From: Candidatus Bathyarchaeota archaeon
Lineage (GTDB): Archaea; Thermoproteota; Bathyarchaeia; Bathyarchaeales; Bathycorpusculaceae
Assembly: GCA_963833575.1 (NCBI GenBank)
Contig: CAWHXY010000004.1
Location: forward strand, 832,001 to 896,000
Direction: 5' to 3'
Length of the DNA: 64,000 nt
The stretch's first letter is position 1. Every line of letters begins with the position of its first letter. The notes under the pieces were generated by a model. It was not told the DNA's origin, did no database searches, and saw only the letters and a program-made list of their open reading frames with translations. Position numbers and translations under genes: made by a program. Below are positions 29,153 to 39,333 of the stretch, piece after piece.

Positions 29153-30703
29153 TTACTCCCACTCGATGGTTGCAGGTGGCTTATGAGTAATATCATAAAC
29201 CACACGAGTGACTTGTGGAATCTCATTTGTAATCCTAGTTGAGATTTTTTCAAGCACTGGATAAGGAATTTGGGCAAAATTGGCTGTCATAGCTTCTCGG
29301 CTTTCCGCTGCACGAACCGCCACTACGTACCCATATGCTCTGGAGTCACCTTTAACGCCAGTTGCTTTTGTATCTGTTAGCACCGCAAAGTATTGCCACA
29401 GCTTCTCTTCTAAGTTATTTTTCTCAATTTCCTGACGGACGATTGCATCGGCTTTCTTGGCAACACTTACTTTCTCCGGGGTCAGTTCACCTATTATTCG
29501 AACTGCCAATCCTGGTCCTGGAAATGGTTGTCGATTGACCAGTTCCTTGGGTAAGTTAAGCATTGTTGCAACTTTACGCACCTCGTCTTTGTAGAGATCA
29601 CGGAGAGGTTCAACGATTTTTTTAAAACTTATGTTTGTTGGCAGTCCAGCGACATTATGGTGGGATTTTATTACATCTGAGTTTTTTCTTATGCCTGATT
29701 CTATTCTGTCTGGGTAAATAGTGCCTTGAAGCAGATATTGGGCGCCGGACTTTTTTGCTATTTCCTCAAAAACCCTGATAAACTCTTCTCCAATTACCTT
29801 GCGTTTCTTTTCAGGGTCGACTACTCCGTTGAGCTTTTTCATAAAGCGGTCTTGTGCATCTGCCACAATGAAGTTTATGGGGAATTTTCCGAATGTTTCG
29901 CGGATGGCCTCAGGTTCGCCTTCCCGCATGAATCCATGATCAACGAAAACGGCTGTGAGTTTATCTCCTAATGCTTTTGCAGCTAATACGGTGGCGACGC
30001 TTGAGTCTATTCCGCCGCTCAAGCCTATTATAGCTTCGGCTGAACCAACATCAGTTTTTATCTCATTAACCATTTTTTCGATTATATCTTCTACTTTCCA
30101 ATTAGCTTCACATTTGCAGACCTCAAATATGAAATTGCGAAGCATGCGGGCGCCTTTTTCTGTATGGATCACTTCTGGGTGCCACTGCAACCCGTAAATG
30201 GGTTTTTGTTTATGTCTGAAGGCGGCAACTGGGCAGTTGTCTGTATGCGCTAACACCTCAAAATCCGGCGGTAAGGCAAAAACTGTGTCGCCGTGGCTCA
30301 TCCAAACTTTTTCTTGCCCGCTTGACCCTTCTAGCACCCCTACCGGCTTGTCAATAGCTACTTGTGCGATTCCATATTCTTTGCATGCTGCTGGTTCAAC
30401 TTTTCCGTTGGTTAGTTGAGCTAGGAGTTGGTGTCCATAACATAGTCCTAAGACAGGTAAATTTACCTCTAAAATGCGAGGATTAAGTTTAGGGGCATTT
30501 GGTTCATAAACGCTTGAGGGACCGCCGGAGAGAATTAAGCCTTTAACATTGAATTTTTCATTCAGAGCTTTAATTTCTTCAGGTGATATGTCATGCGGGA
30601 CAATTTCTGAGTAGACCCCGTTTTCTCTAATTCTTCTGCCGATAAGGTGGCAGTATTGCCCTCCAAAGTCCAGAACTAATATCGTATCATATTTTACTTG
30701 CAT
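29153..30703 (-). CDS. guaA: GMP synthase (fused glutaminase and synthetase)
   Basis: LDFGGQY, GLCYG, QWHPE, SGGIDS, KSHHN, KPPATIEWE. Confidence 0.97.
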   Translation of the reverse strand: MQVKYDTILVLDFGGQYCHLIGRRIRENGVYSEIVPHDISPEEIKALNEKFNVKGLILSGGPSSVYEPNAPKLNPRILEVNLPVLGLCYGHQLLAQLTNGKVEPAACKEYGIAQVAIDKPVGVLEGSSGQEKVWMSHGDTVFALPPDFEVLAHTDNCPVAAFRHKQKPIYGLQWHPEVIHTEKGARMLRNFIFEVCKCEANWKVEDIIEKMVNEIKTDVGSAEAIIGLSGGIDSSVATVLAAKALGDKLTAVFVDHGFMREGEPEAIRETFGKFPINFIVADAQDRFMKKLNGVVDPEKKRKVIGEEFIRVFEEIAKKSGAQYLLQGTIYPDRIESGIRKNSDVIKSHHNVAGLPTNISFKKIVEPLRDLYKDEVRKVATMLNLPKELVNRQPFPGPGLAVRIIGELTPEKVSVAKKADAIVRQEIEKNNLEEKLWQYFAVLTDTKATGVKGDSRAYGYVVAVRAAESREAMTANFAQIPYPVLEKISTRITNEIPQVTRVVYDITHKPPATIEWE

Positions 30704-30919
30704 TTTAGTGGGCTCTATTTATTGGGGTTTAAGCTAGTAATTTAAGATTACTATCTGTTTTCTATAAAGTTAAGTGTCTTTAGAACCTCACAGATTTAGT
30801 TTAGTCAGCGGTTATATTTTAGTGGAAAATACTAAACTTTTATTAAGATAATCATATGATAATTAAAATTCGTTTCAAGAAGACTGACCAAATTGAATGA
30901 ACGTTCAGGAAAGTTGATT

Positions 30920-31363
30920 ATGGACTTAAATGAAACAGACTTAAAAATTCTTAAAGGTCTCTTAGAGGACGCACGGTTTTCAAGTAGACAAATAGCCAAA
31001 AACGTCGGTGTTTCAGTTGGGACCGTTTTGTCTAGAATTAAAAAGATGGAGGACGAAGGTCTCATCAAAGGATATTCAGTCCTTTTGGACCATGAAAAAC
31101 TTGGTTTCCAATTGACTGTAGTAACTGAAATTACTGTTTCAAAAGGCAGGCTTGTGGAAACTGAAAATGAAATCGCTAAAATCTCCAACGTTTGTAGCGT
31201 TTATGATGTAACAGGCTTAACTGACGCCATAATTGTTGCAAAGTTTAAGAGCCGAGAGGATCTTGGCGCGTTTACTAAGAAGCTTTTGTCTTTGCCATAC
31301 ATTGAGCGGACAAACACTCATGTGGTTTTGACGACAGTTAAAGAAAACTTCCGTCTGCTCTAA
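30920..31363 (+). CDS. Lrp/AsnC transcriptional regulator
   Basis: N-terminal HTH (RIKKME.EG.I.GY) and RAM domain (VYDVTG..D). Confidence 0.93.
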   Translation: MDLNETDLKILKGLLEDARFSSRQIAKNVGVSVGTVLSRIKKMEDEGLIKGYSVLLDHEKLGFQLTVVTEITVSKGRLVETENEIAKISNVCSVYDVTGLTDAIIVAKFKSREDLGAFTKKLLSLPYIERTNTHVVLTTVKENFRLL

Positions 31364-31374
31364 TTACCTATTTT

Positions 31375-32439
31375 TTAGGTATGGTTTTCTTTCTTATATT
31401 TTAGTTCTGGCGCAGAGATAGTTATTTTTGTTCCTGAAGCTACAGGGGAGGTTACCCAAACATTTCCCCCGATTACGACATTGTCGCCTATTACTGCTTC
31501 TGCTCCCAGAAGTGTTGCCCCTGAGTAAATAACTACATTGCTGCCAACGGTTGGATGTCTTTTTCTTCCTTTGATAATGTTTCCTTTCTCGTCTTTTGGA
31601 AAGCTAAGTGCGCCCAATGTTACGCCTTGGTAGAGTTTGACGTTGTCGCCTATTTCTGCTGTTTCTCCAATAACAACACCTGTGCCATGGTCTATGAAAA
31701 AGTTCTTGCCAATTCTTGCTCCAGGATGAATATCTATTCCGGTTAAAGAGTGAAGGTGCTCGCTCATTATTCGTGGGATCAATGGAACGCCGCTAAGGTA
31801 AAGTTCATGAGCAATTCTGTATGTTGTAATCGCTAGTACACATGGGTAGCTTAGGATAACTTCATCAGTGCTTACCGCTGCGGGGTCGCCTGCGTAGGCT
31901 GCTTGGATGTCACCGCTTAAGGTTGCCCTGATTTCAGGTAGTTTTTCAAGAAGACCTTTGACGACAATATTTGCTCGCTTTTGGCAAACATCTTGGGGGC
32001 ACGCGATTTTTCTGCAAATGTACTTTAGACTTTTCTCAATCTCAACCGTAAGCCGCGCATAAACAGAGGTCAACGTGTTGCCTAAACGATATTTAATATT
32101 AGCTTTTGTCATTTCTTCCTTTCCAAGATAACCTGGAAAAAGAATGGTGAACAAATCCTCTAAAACTTCGGTTACTACTTTCTTTGATGGTAAATCTCTG
32201 CCTTCAAGATGATCCATGCCACCGAAAGCTTGATAATTAGAAATGATCTGATCGACTAAATTCGGTAAGCCCTTTTCAACCCAGTCCTTCTCTACTTCAT
32301 CATTGTTCTTCATTAATGTGTCAAGCATGCGATCTGGGTTCCAGCAGTCGATATCTCGATTCTGCTCTGCGCATTCTTTGCAGTTCTTTGGTCGAGGCTG
32401 GTTTGTTTTTGTGGACATTATGCTTCCCTTTTCGCTCAA
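31375..32439 (-). CDS. cysE: Serine O-acetyltransferase
   Basis: GDPAA, YRIAH, TGIDIHPGA, FIDHGTGVVIGET, YQGVTLG, KRHP. Confidence 0.93.
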   Translation of the reverse strand: MSEKGSIMSTKTNQPRPKNCKECAEQNRDIDCWNPDRMLDTLMKNNDEVEKDWVEKGLPNLVDQIISNYQAFGGMDHLEGRDLPSKKVVTEVLEDLFTILFPGYLGKEEMTKANIKYRLGNTLTSVYARLTVEIEKSLKYICRKIACPQDVCQKRANIVVKGLLEKLPEIRATLSGDIQAAYAGDPAAVSTDEVILSYPCVLAITTYRIAHELYLSGVPLIPRIMSEHLHSLTGIDIHPGARIGKNFFIDHGTGVVIGETAEIGDNVKLYQGVTLGALSFPKDEKGNIIKGRKRHPTVGSNVVIYSGATLLGAEAVIGDNVVIGGNVWVTSPVASGTKITISAPELKYKKENHT

Positions 32440-32484
32440 TAATGAAGAAAGGGGGATATAAAATAAGCGTCTTTAAGTCGAGAC

Positions 32485-33435
32485 TTAGATGCTTGAGTTT
32501 GTGTTTGCAGGTTCTTGAAATAATACTGTGCTAAGGTAACGCTCGCCCGTGTCCGGTAGGATGACAACTATTAGTTTGTCTTTGTTTTCGGCTCTTTTCG
32601 CTATTTCGATTGCTGCGTAGGCTGCTGCGCCTGACGATATGCCAACGAGTAATCCTTCTTTTTGAGCTAGTTGCCTTGCCGTCTGAAGTGCTTGATCGTC
32701 AGTAACTTTGAATATTTCATCCACTATGTCGAGCTTTAGTACATCTGGTTTGAAGCCTGCGCCTATTCCTTGTATTTTGTGGGGTCCTTTCTGCCCTCCA
32801 CTTAGAACTGGAGAGGCAGCGGGTTCAATGGCTATCGCTTTGAACTCTGGTTTCTGTGGCTTAATGAATTGAGCTATGCCCGTTATGGTTCCGCCAGTTC
32901 CAACACCTGCAACTACGATGTCAACTTTGCCGTCGGTATCTTCCCAAATTTCTGGCCCAGTAGTTTCTCTATGAATTTTGGGGTTGGCTAGGTTTTTGAA
33001 CTGCTGGGGCATGAAACTGTTAAGGGTTTCTTTAACGAGTTCTTCGGCTTTTTTGATTGCGCCTCCCATACCCTCTGATCCTGGAGTCAGGACGAGTTGT
33101 GCGCCGTAGGCTTTGAGGAGGTTGCGGCGTTCGACACTCATGGTTTCTGGCATGGTTAGTATTAGTTTGTATCCTTTTACTGCTGCTACCATGGCTAAGC
33201 CGATGCCTGTGTTGCCGCTTGTGGGTTCGATGAGAGTTGCGCCGGGTTTGATTAAGCCTTGTTTTTCTGCTTCAGCTATCATGCTTAGGCAGATGCGGTC
33301 TTTGACGCTTCCTCCGGGGTTGCGCGCTTCAAGCTTGGCTACTACAGTTGCGTTTGTGTCTTGGGTTAGTTTGTTTAGCTTTACTAGTGGGGTTTTTCCT
33401 ATGGTTTCTAGGACGTTTTGGTAGATTTTTGTCAT
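32485..33435 (-). CDS. cysK: Cysteine synthase A
   Basis: [44 protein letters not shown]. Confidence 0.96.
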   Translation of the reverse strand: MTKIYQNVLETIGKTPLVKLNKLTQDTNATVVAKLEARNPGGSVKDRICLSMIAEAEKQGLIKPGATLIEPTSGNTGIGLAMVAAVKGYKLILTMPETMSVERRNLLKAYGAQLVLTPGSEGMGGAIKKAEELVKETLNSFMPQQFKNLANPKIHRETTGPEIWEDTDGKVDIVVAGVGTGGTITGIAQFIKPQKPEFKAIAIEPAASPVLSGGQKGPHKIQGIGAGFKPDVLKLDIVDEIFKVTDDQALQTARQLAQKEGLLVGISSGAAAYAAIEIAKRAENKDKLIVVILPDTGERYLSTVLFQEPANTNSSI

Positions 33436-33446
33436 ATAATCACCTG

Positions 33447-33465
33447 ATTATAACACTGTTATAAT
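33447..33465. promoter_or_regulatory. Perfect palindrome just upstream of the cysK RBS (candidate operator)
   Basis: ATTATAACA-C-TGTTATAAT. A minus-strand BRE/TATA-like GGAAAAGTTTATTT lies about 10 bp further upstream. Confidence 0.6.
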
Positions 33466-33616
33466 TCTCGAGGAAATAAACTTTTCCAATTACAAAAAAT
33501 AATCAGCAACTTCAAATTTATAAACAAATCTAACGACCAACCGCACGCAACCGCAAAGTAAAGCCTTTAAATGTCAAGACTAATTCTATATTTCGCACCA
33601 GCTCAAAAAATTCCAA

Positions 33617-33704
33617 GCGGAGGTCGCCCAGCATGGCCAAAGGCGTAGGACTGAGGCTCCTATCCCGCAGGGGTTCGTGGGTTCAAATCCCACCCTCCGC
33701 ACCA
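33617..33704 (+). tRNA. tRNA-Leu(GAG), long variable arm, encoded CCA, no intron
   Basis: Acceptor GCGGAGG/CCTCCGC-ACCA; anticodon arm TAGGA-CTGAGGC-TCCTA; T-arm GTGGG-TTCAAAT-CCCAC. Confidence 0.95.
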
Positions 33705-33843
33705 TTAAACTTCAATGCAGACTTATTTAGCTAAAAGGAGCAGCGTTTGTAGGATTAAGGCTCTCTGGGTTGCTGTTGCAGAAAATGGTTTGCTTGTTTT
33801 GAAGCAAGGGCGGTAATATACACAACGGAAAGGTGCAAATATG

Positions 33844-34194
33844 TCAGCTATCTACAGAATGTTTCTGAATCATAGATTTCCAAGAAGAAAGGAGTTCTTT
33901 TCTGCTTGCTTGCAAGATTAAAGCTTGTTCCTTTTTGGTTTCAATCAAGAAGTCTAAAGCTTTCTCGATCGATAACGCCGAAAACAGTGCAGGACGCTCA
34001 AGAGTAGCATTTACTATGCCTTTCCTCTGGAGACGTTTCAGACTTCTATAGAGTTGTTGCTTGTAAAGTTTTAGCGCTTCAGCTATGTCTGTTGCTTTTT
34101 GGAGACCTTCGGTTGTGAGATAGACGTAGATTTGGGCGTCTGTTTCTGAGAATCCTACACTTACGAGTGTTTTGAGCATCCAGTCTTTACTCAA
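33844..34194 (-). CDS. Short TrmB-family HTH protein (HTH plus coiled coil only)
   Basis: GFSETDAQIYVYL...DIAEAL...QLYRSLKRLQRKGIV...RPA.F.A. Confidence 0.85.
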   Translation of the reverse strand: MSKDWMLKTLVSVGFSETDAQIYVYLTTEGLQKATDIAEALKLYKQQLYRSLKRLQRKGIVNATLERPALFSALSIEKALDFLIETKKEQALILQASRKELLSSWKSMIQKHSVDS

Positions 34195-34263
34195 TCGAAC
34201 CGCATCCTCCTGGAAAGATAAAACGGAAAAAATGAGGAAAGAAATTTGTAAGCTGTTTGTTTG

Positions 34264-34854
34264 CTATAGAGGCCAACCGCCGATTAGGCCGAAGTGGCGT
34301 ACGACATAACCCGTTGAAACTCCTCCCATTGCAGATCCATCACCATGCACATTGCTGAACATTTTAGTACCGCTTAATTGGAAATTGCCAAACTCTTCCC
34401 AATGGCTGATATCCATAGCAGGAGATAGAATTAAACCCGAAACTTTCTCCTCCGCCCGACCGTTCAAAGTTGGATGCCCAGGCAAGTTTTTGAAGGTAAG
34501 TGTCTCCTGAATTATATCTAAACCATATCCCGTGACATAATTGAGTTCCATGTGGCCGGCATAACTGTAGTCAAAATCCTTAGGATAATTATACACCACG
34601 CCGTTTATTGTGACACTAGCCGATACTATAGCTGCTTCTGTACTATAGATTTCTTGGACGACGACTGGGAAACCGCTGGTATCCATGAGAGTATTGACGA
34701 CACCGGCCGGGTTAATACTTACTTTGAAGTCGTAGATTACATATTCTGGTTTGGGTTTACAGGGCAACCCTGCTTGGGACAGTGTTAACATCGATGATGA
34801 TATGAGTATAGTCGTTAATGCGATGATGGAGATTAAAAGAGTCTTTCTTTTCAT
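34264..34854 (-). CDS. Secreted hypothetical protein
   Basis: MKRK plus hydrophobic signal peptide; beta-rich mature region; GGAGGTGA RBS. Confidence 0.75.
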   Translation of the reverse strand: MKRKTLLISIIALTTILISSSMLTLSQAGLPCKPKPEYVIYDFKVSINPAGVVNTLMDTSGFPVVVQEIYSTEAAIVSASVTINGVVYNYPKDFDYSYAGHMELNYVTGYGLDIIQETLTFKNLPGHPTLNGRAEEKVSGLILSPAMDISHWEEFGNFQLSGTKMFSNVHGDGSAMGGVSTGYVVRHFGLIGGWPL

Positions 34855-34981
34855 TTTTTCTCACCTCCCTACAGATTAGTGGATGGTTCGTTTCAAATCA
34901 TCGAAAAACAATTAAGCCCTTGACGTTACTTAAACTTGGACGAGTGACAAAGTCTATCACCGTACGATCGGGGTAGCTGGA

Positions 34982-37036
34982 TTGAGCGAGGAAACAATAA
35001 AAAAAGTTCTCATGAATTCTGGCTTAACCGAAAAAGAGGCAGAGGTGTACATTTTCCTCGCCAAGCGCGACGCGATGAAAGTTACCGAAATCGCCAGACT
35101 GCTTGGGAAAGATAAGGCGCAGGTTTTTCACATTCTAAATAAGCTTCAAGCCAAAGGTTTTGCAGAGTCAACTGCAGAGTTTCCCACACACTTCACAGTA
35201 GTTCCATTCGAGAACATTCTAGACTCGATTATTGGAGCTAGGCAAAAAGAAGTTACCCTTATAGAGAAAAGCAGGAAAGAACTCCTTGACTACCTAAAGA
35301 AAAAACACAAGACAGAGCTGGAACCTTCCTTAGAAAAGTTTGTCGTATTCAAAGGAAACAAAAGAATCTACTCAAGAATATCCAAGATGATTCTAGATAC
35401 TAAACATCAACTGTTGACAGCAACGACTGTTCCAGGTCTGATGCGTGCTGACCAATTTGGCATTTTTGACATGGCCTTTACTCATCCTTTGAGGTCACAA
35501 ATTACGTATCGTTTTCTCACCGAATTGTCAGAAAAAAACCTGAATATTATGAAAACCGTTCTCAAGAGAGCACGTAAGACCGACTTCAATCTGAAGGCAA
35601 GAAATCCTGATTTAGGCCTGAGTCTTTTTCCCAGAATGGTCACAAGAGATAACGAAGAAATATTGTTCTTCATCACGCCAAGATCGGACAAGACAGAAAA
35701 GGATGACGTATGCCTTTGGACGAACTGTAAGTCTCTGGTACAAGCTTTTACAGCTGTCTTTGAGGATTTGTGGACTAACTCCACAGACATAAATGAAAAA
35801 ATTTCGGAGATTGAAACTGGTAAACCAACACCGACAACGCGCGTTATCAGTGACGCTCACACTGCCCTTGAGACCTACAATGAGACCCTGAGGTCAGCTC
35901 AAGAGGAAATCATGATAATGACCTCTTCAAAAGGTCTCATTGAATCTTGGAAACATATTTCCATGCTGAAAGAACAGATTGAACGAGGAATCTCTGTTAA
36001 AATCATGTCGCCCATAATCAAGGACAACTTGCAGGCTGCTCAAGAGTTATTGAAATGCTGTGCTGTCAAGCATGTGATTGCAAGCTACTCTGACACAGTT
36101 ATTGTTGATGGAAAACGCCTCTTCCAGTCTCAAGCATTCTCCAATCAGAAATCTGCCTTAACGCCGCATTTCTATACTGATGATTTTGAATACGTGGTAA
36201 AGACCAAAAAGATGTTAAATGAAGTTTGGAAAAACTCATCCGTTCCTTCAGTCATCACTCTGGACTCTATCCTGAAACCTCCAATACCCGCAAGCGTTCC
36301 TCCTCCTGAAGAAGAACACGCTTGGTCCAAGCCAGATGGGGCATACCAGAAAATGATCCATGCGGTCGTGGAGAAACCTGGGATAATCACAGAAAAAGAC
36401 GTTTTGAACAAGATCGTCAACGCCGAGAAATACCCGCTCAAAGACTGGGCTAAGGATATAATAAGAGTTTACGGTAGCAGCGGACACGCCGTTATTCACC
36501 CGCCAGACAGCTTTAACCTGCCTGATATGATGATTTGGGTCAACCATTTCAACAAGCAATCCCAGCAAGGTGGCGGGGACAGGCTAATAGTCTACTTGTG
36601 GCTTGAAACACCTAAGGGCTACGCTTACGTGCCAGTAGTTGTCGTTACAGACAACCCCCGAGCTGTGGAGTCTGAGAAGGTACAAAATGCAGGCACTCCT
36701 GCCGGAGAAAACGTTCATCTCGTCAGGAAAAACGAGCTCCAGGTACGAGTTCAAGGTAACATTGTTTTCGCTGGATGGACTAAGCCTATCCCACTTCTTC
36801 CATCACTTAGTCTACCACCTGCTTGCATATTGCTTGAAGGCTACAGTAAACTCAACAGCGGCGTTGTTGAGTATGTGTTACCTTCCGGCGTAAAGACAAA
36901 TATTGAGTATAATGGTTTCGATGCGTTTGTAACTTTCTTTCATCCAGCGTCAAAATATTCTGGTCCCGGAACTGAAGGAACAATCGGCAGAGACATAGTT
37001 ATAACCATGTACCCACCTCGAGCGACGGAAACCTAA
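34982..37036 (+). CDS. Large TrmB-family regulator (HTH, two effector/PLD-like domains and an unknown C-terminal domain)
   Basis: GLTEKEAEVYIFL...EIAR.....V..IL.KLQ.KG; two repeats ending FEDLW.NS and LNEVWKNS. Confidence 0.85.
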   Translation: MSEETIKKVLMNSGLTEKEAEVYIFLAKRDAMKVTEIARLLGKDKAQVFHILNKLQAKGFAESTAEFPTHFTVVPFENILDSIIGARQKEVTLIEKSRKELLDYLKKKHKTELEPSLEKFVVFKGNKRIYSRISKMILDTKHQLLTATTVPGLMRADQFGIFDMAFTHPLRSQITYRFLTELSEKNLNIMKTVLKRARKTDFNLKARNPDLGLSLFPRMVTRDNEEILFFITPRSDKTEKDDVCLWTNCKSLVQAFTAVFEDLWTNSTDINEKISEIETGKPTPTTRVISDAHTALETYNETLRSAQEEIMIMTSSKGLIESWKHISMLKEQIERGISVKIMSPIIKDNLQAAQELLKCCAVKHVIASYSDTVIVDGKRLFQSQAFSNQKSALTPHFYTDDFEYVVKTKKMLNEVWKNSSVPSVITLDSILKPPIPASVPPPEEEHAWSKPDGAYQKMIHAVVEKPGIITEKDVLNKIVNAEKYPLKDWAKDIIRVYGSSGHAVIHPPDSFNLPDMMIWVNHFNKQSQQGGGDRLIVYLWLETPKGYAYVPVVVVTDNPRAVESEKVQNAGTPAGENVHLVRKNELQVRVQGNIVFAGWTKPIPLLPSLSLPPACILLEGYSKLNSGVVEYVLPSGVKTNIEYNGFDAFVTFFHPASKYSGPGTEGTIGRDIVITMYPPRATET

Positions 37037-37081
37037 TTTCTTCTATTAAACTTCACCAAGCTATTTTTGCCGGTAAAATAA

Positions 37082-37106
37082 GGTTGAGATCCCATCCTCC
37101 GCACCA
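37082..37106 (+). repeat. Degenerate copy of the tRNA-Leu 3' end (att-like)
   Basis: 22/25 match to 33680-33704, including the terminal CCTCCGCACCA. Confidence 0.75.
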
Positions 37107-37177
37107 AATTAATTGTAAAGTTGCAACAGCAAAAATGTAATATAATTGTTTTTTATACTCTGACCACTGTGACTAAA

Positions 37178-37630
37178 ATGGCTTTAGCGGTTAGGTATTA
37201 TTTTAGCCAGCGTTTTGCTTTCCCTGCCCAGAAGGTGTTCGATTGGTGCACCGATTTTGATCCTAAGGACCATGTGCTAATGGGTGACGCGAATGCTAAG
37301 CGACAAATTAGCCACATCACTGATGATACCATAATATTGAAAGATGTTTTTCTAACACCATCAGGCCCTTTGGAAAAGGAAAAGCTTGTACAACTTTATC
37401 CAAACCGACTATCATGGACATCAACGCATTTAACAGGTCCAAACAAATACTCACAATTTCTATACAAGATTACTTCAGAGGGTAAGGGCTTTTCAGCTTT
37501 GAACTTTACTGCTCTCCACATTGAGTATGACGAAAAAGCGGATGCTAAGCTGCTTGCCGATCGATTGTGCAAGGAGGATGCGGCTGCTTGGAAGCTTTTG
37601 GCAAAAGCAATGGCGGAAGAATGCACTTAG
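37178..37630 (+). CDS. Hypothetical protein, possibly START/SRPBCC-like
   Basis: PAQKVFDWCTDF N-terminus and a C-terminal helix with W..L. ATG start chosen at 37178. Confidence 0.55.
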   Translation: MALAVRYYFSQRFAFPAQKVFDWCTDFDPKDHVLMGDANAKRQISHITDDTIILKDVFLTPSGPLEKEKLVQLYPNRLSWTSTHLTGPNKYSQFLYKITSEGKGFSALNFTALHIEYDEKADAKLLADRLCKEDAAAWKLLAKAMAEECT

Positions 37631-37758
37631 TTTCCACGTAATTTAGTTGCATAACTGAATTGGAAAGCACCTTTTTTGATTAAAAATTCATTTTTCTTAA
37701 GTAATGGTTAAAAGCTAATGATGCACACAATATCTAAAACCGAAAGGTTTGGTTAAAA

Positions 37759-38382
37759 ATGCAGTCTGCTAAAACCGAACAAAAAAGAAAATTCGTATCT
37801 GTTGACCCTGGTAAGTGTATTGGCTGTGGAATCTGCGAGTACGCTTGCACAGTAGAAAAGGGAGAAGGCGTATGGAACCCAATTAGGTCCCGAATTCGAG
37901 TAGTTCGTATGGCTCCAGTTTTCAATTTTGCATTGTCATGCCGCGCCTGCAAAGACGCTAAATGCGTAAAAGCCTGCCCGGAAAGAGCAATTTCTCAATC
38001 AGAAAGTACAGGTTTACTAATTATCGATGAAAAGAAATGTAAAGGCTGCGACTGGTGCGTACAAGCCTGTGACCACGGCGGAATAACCATACATGCTGAC
38101 ACGGGAATAGCCATAGCCTGCGATTTGTGCCAAGGCGAACCAAAATGTGTCGACTCTTGTCCAGAAGAAGCTTTGCAAATCGTTGATTCCGATGAAGCGG
38201 CAGACAAACTCTTCAACGACGCATTAGAAAAATTGCCTGCACAAACTGAACAGTTAACAACTACCATCAAAAATAAGGACTGGAAACCGCTGCTTGCAAA
38301 TGCAGAGAAAAGATCCGAAAAAGTAACAGAGAAACTTGTTGCCTTAAACAAGAAGGCAATGGCGTCGCAAAAACAAAAGTAA
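37759..38382 (+). CDS. 4Fe-4S dicluster (DmsB/HycB-like) electron-transfer protein
   Basis: CIGCGICEYAC, CRAC...CVKACP, CKGCDWCVQAC, CDLC...CVDSCP. Confidence 0.9.
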   Translation: MQSAKTEQKRKFVSVDPGKCIGCGICEYACTVEKGEGVWNPIRSRIRVVRMAPVFNFALSCRACKDAKCVKACPERAISQSESTGLLIIDEKKCKGCDWCVQACDHGGITIHADTGIAIACDLCQGEPKCVDSCPEEALQIVDSDEAADKLFNDALEKLPAQTEQLTTTIKNKDWKPLLANAEKRSEKVTEKLVALNKKAMASQKQK

Positions 38383-38391
38383 ATTTTTTCG

Positions 38392-39240
38392 TTAGAGGTT
38401 TTCTTCATAACCTCTCAATAAATTATCTATATCCAATCCCACATTTTCACCAACGTAGCCGCCTTCTAAAACAAAGAACGTGGGTTTTTGTAATTGTGCA
38501 ATTCTTTTGCCAATTTTCTGGTAGTCAGCACAAATTAAACCCAAAGATGCCAAGTCTTTAAGGTGTGTGTCAAAACCACAGGAAACCGCGACTTGCTCAA
38601 TCTTATCCAACTGAACCATACATAACGCCTTGTCAAGAGTCTTTAGATAATTTGCGCCGCCGCATTCTGGTTGTAAAGCGAAATTGATGCAATTTCCTTC
38701 TGTTAAAGCTCCTGTTCCTGGAAAATTTGGTGACTGATGCAAGGATACATAAGTCACTTTGTCGTCGTTTTGAAAAACCTCTTGTGTTCCATTTCCGTGG
38801 TGTCCATCAATATCTAAAATCAAAGTTTTTTTGTCCAACTCTTTAACTGCGATTGCTATGTTGTTGAAGTAGCAGAATCCACGGGTATAGACACCTAAGG
38901 CAGCGCCGTACCTGCCAACATGATGCCCTGGCGGACGCATAAGTGAGAATCCATTAATTTTGCTGGCTAAAAGTGAGCCTCCGACTGAGAGTCTCGCAAA
39001 TTCGAAGATGTTGTCGTATGCGGGAGTATCGGAATCTTCGACCAGCCCTTTCTTGACTTTCCAAATATACTCTGGGTCATGAACAGCTAAAATATCATCT
39101 TCGCTTGCAGGTGTTGGCGTCAAAAACTCATAACCTTTAGTTTTCAAAATGTCATGTGCAGTTTTAACTCTTTGCGGGCCTTCAATATGCCAGGTGCCAT
39201 AGCCTAAACACTTTTCTGAATAGACTACCTTAGTTTTCAT
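38392..39240 (-). CDS. Histone-deacetylase/AcuC-family Zn deacetylase
   Basis: RPPGHH, GFCYFNN, DIDGHHGNGTQ, SLHQ, GFD, LEGGY. Confidence 0.93.
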   Translation of the reverse strand: MKTKVVYSEKCLGYGTWHIEGPQRVKTAHDILKTKGYEFLTPTPASEDDILAVHDPEYIWKVKKGLVEDSDTPAYDNIFEFARLSVGGSLLASKINGFSLMRPPGHHVGRYGAALGVYTRGFCYFNNIAIAVKELDKKTLILDIDGHHGNGTQEVFQNDDKVTYVSLHQSPNFPGTGALTEGNCINFALQPECGGANYLKTLDKALCMVQLDKIEQVAVSCGFDTHLKDLASLGLICADYQKIGKRIAQLQKPTFFVLEGGYVGENVGLDIDNLLRGYEENL

Positions 39241-39333
39241 GGCTAAATGCATCCATTAGACAGATAAATGCGCGTACACATTTAAAAAACATAACGCAAA
39301 CAAAGTAAGCGTCAACTAGAAAACGGGCGAAAA

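Larger units (their letters stand above)
33680..37106. mobile_element. Integrase-less island or remnant inserted at the tRNA-Leu 3' end
   Basis: Bounded by 25-bp direct repeats, 33680-33704 GGTTCAAATCCCACCCTCCGCACCA and 37082-37106 GGTTGAGATCCCATCCTCCGCACCA (22/25 identical). Confidence 0.7.
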
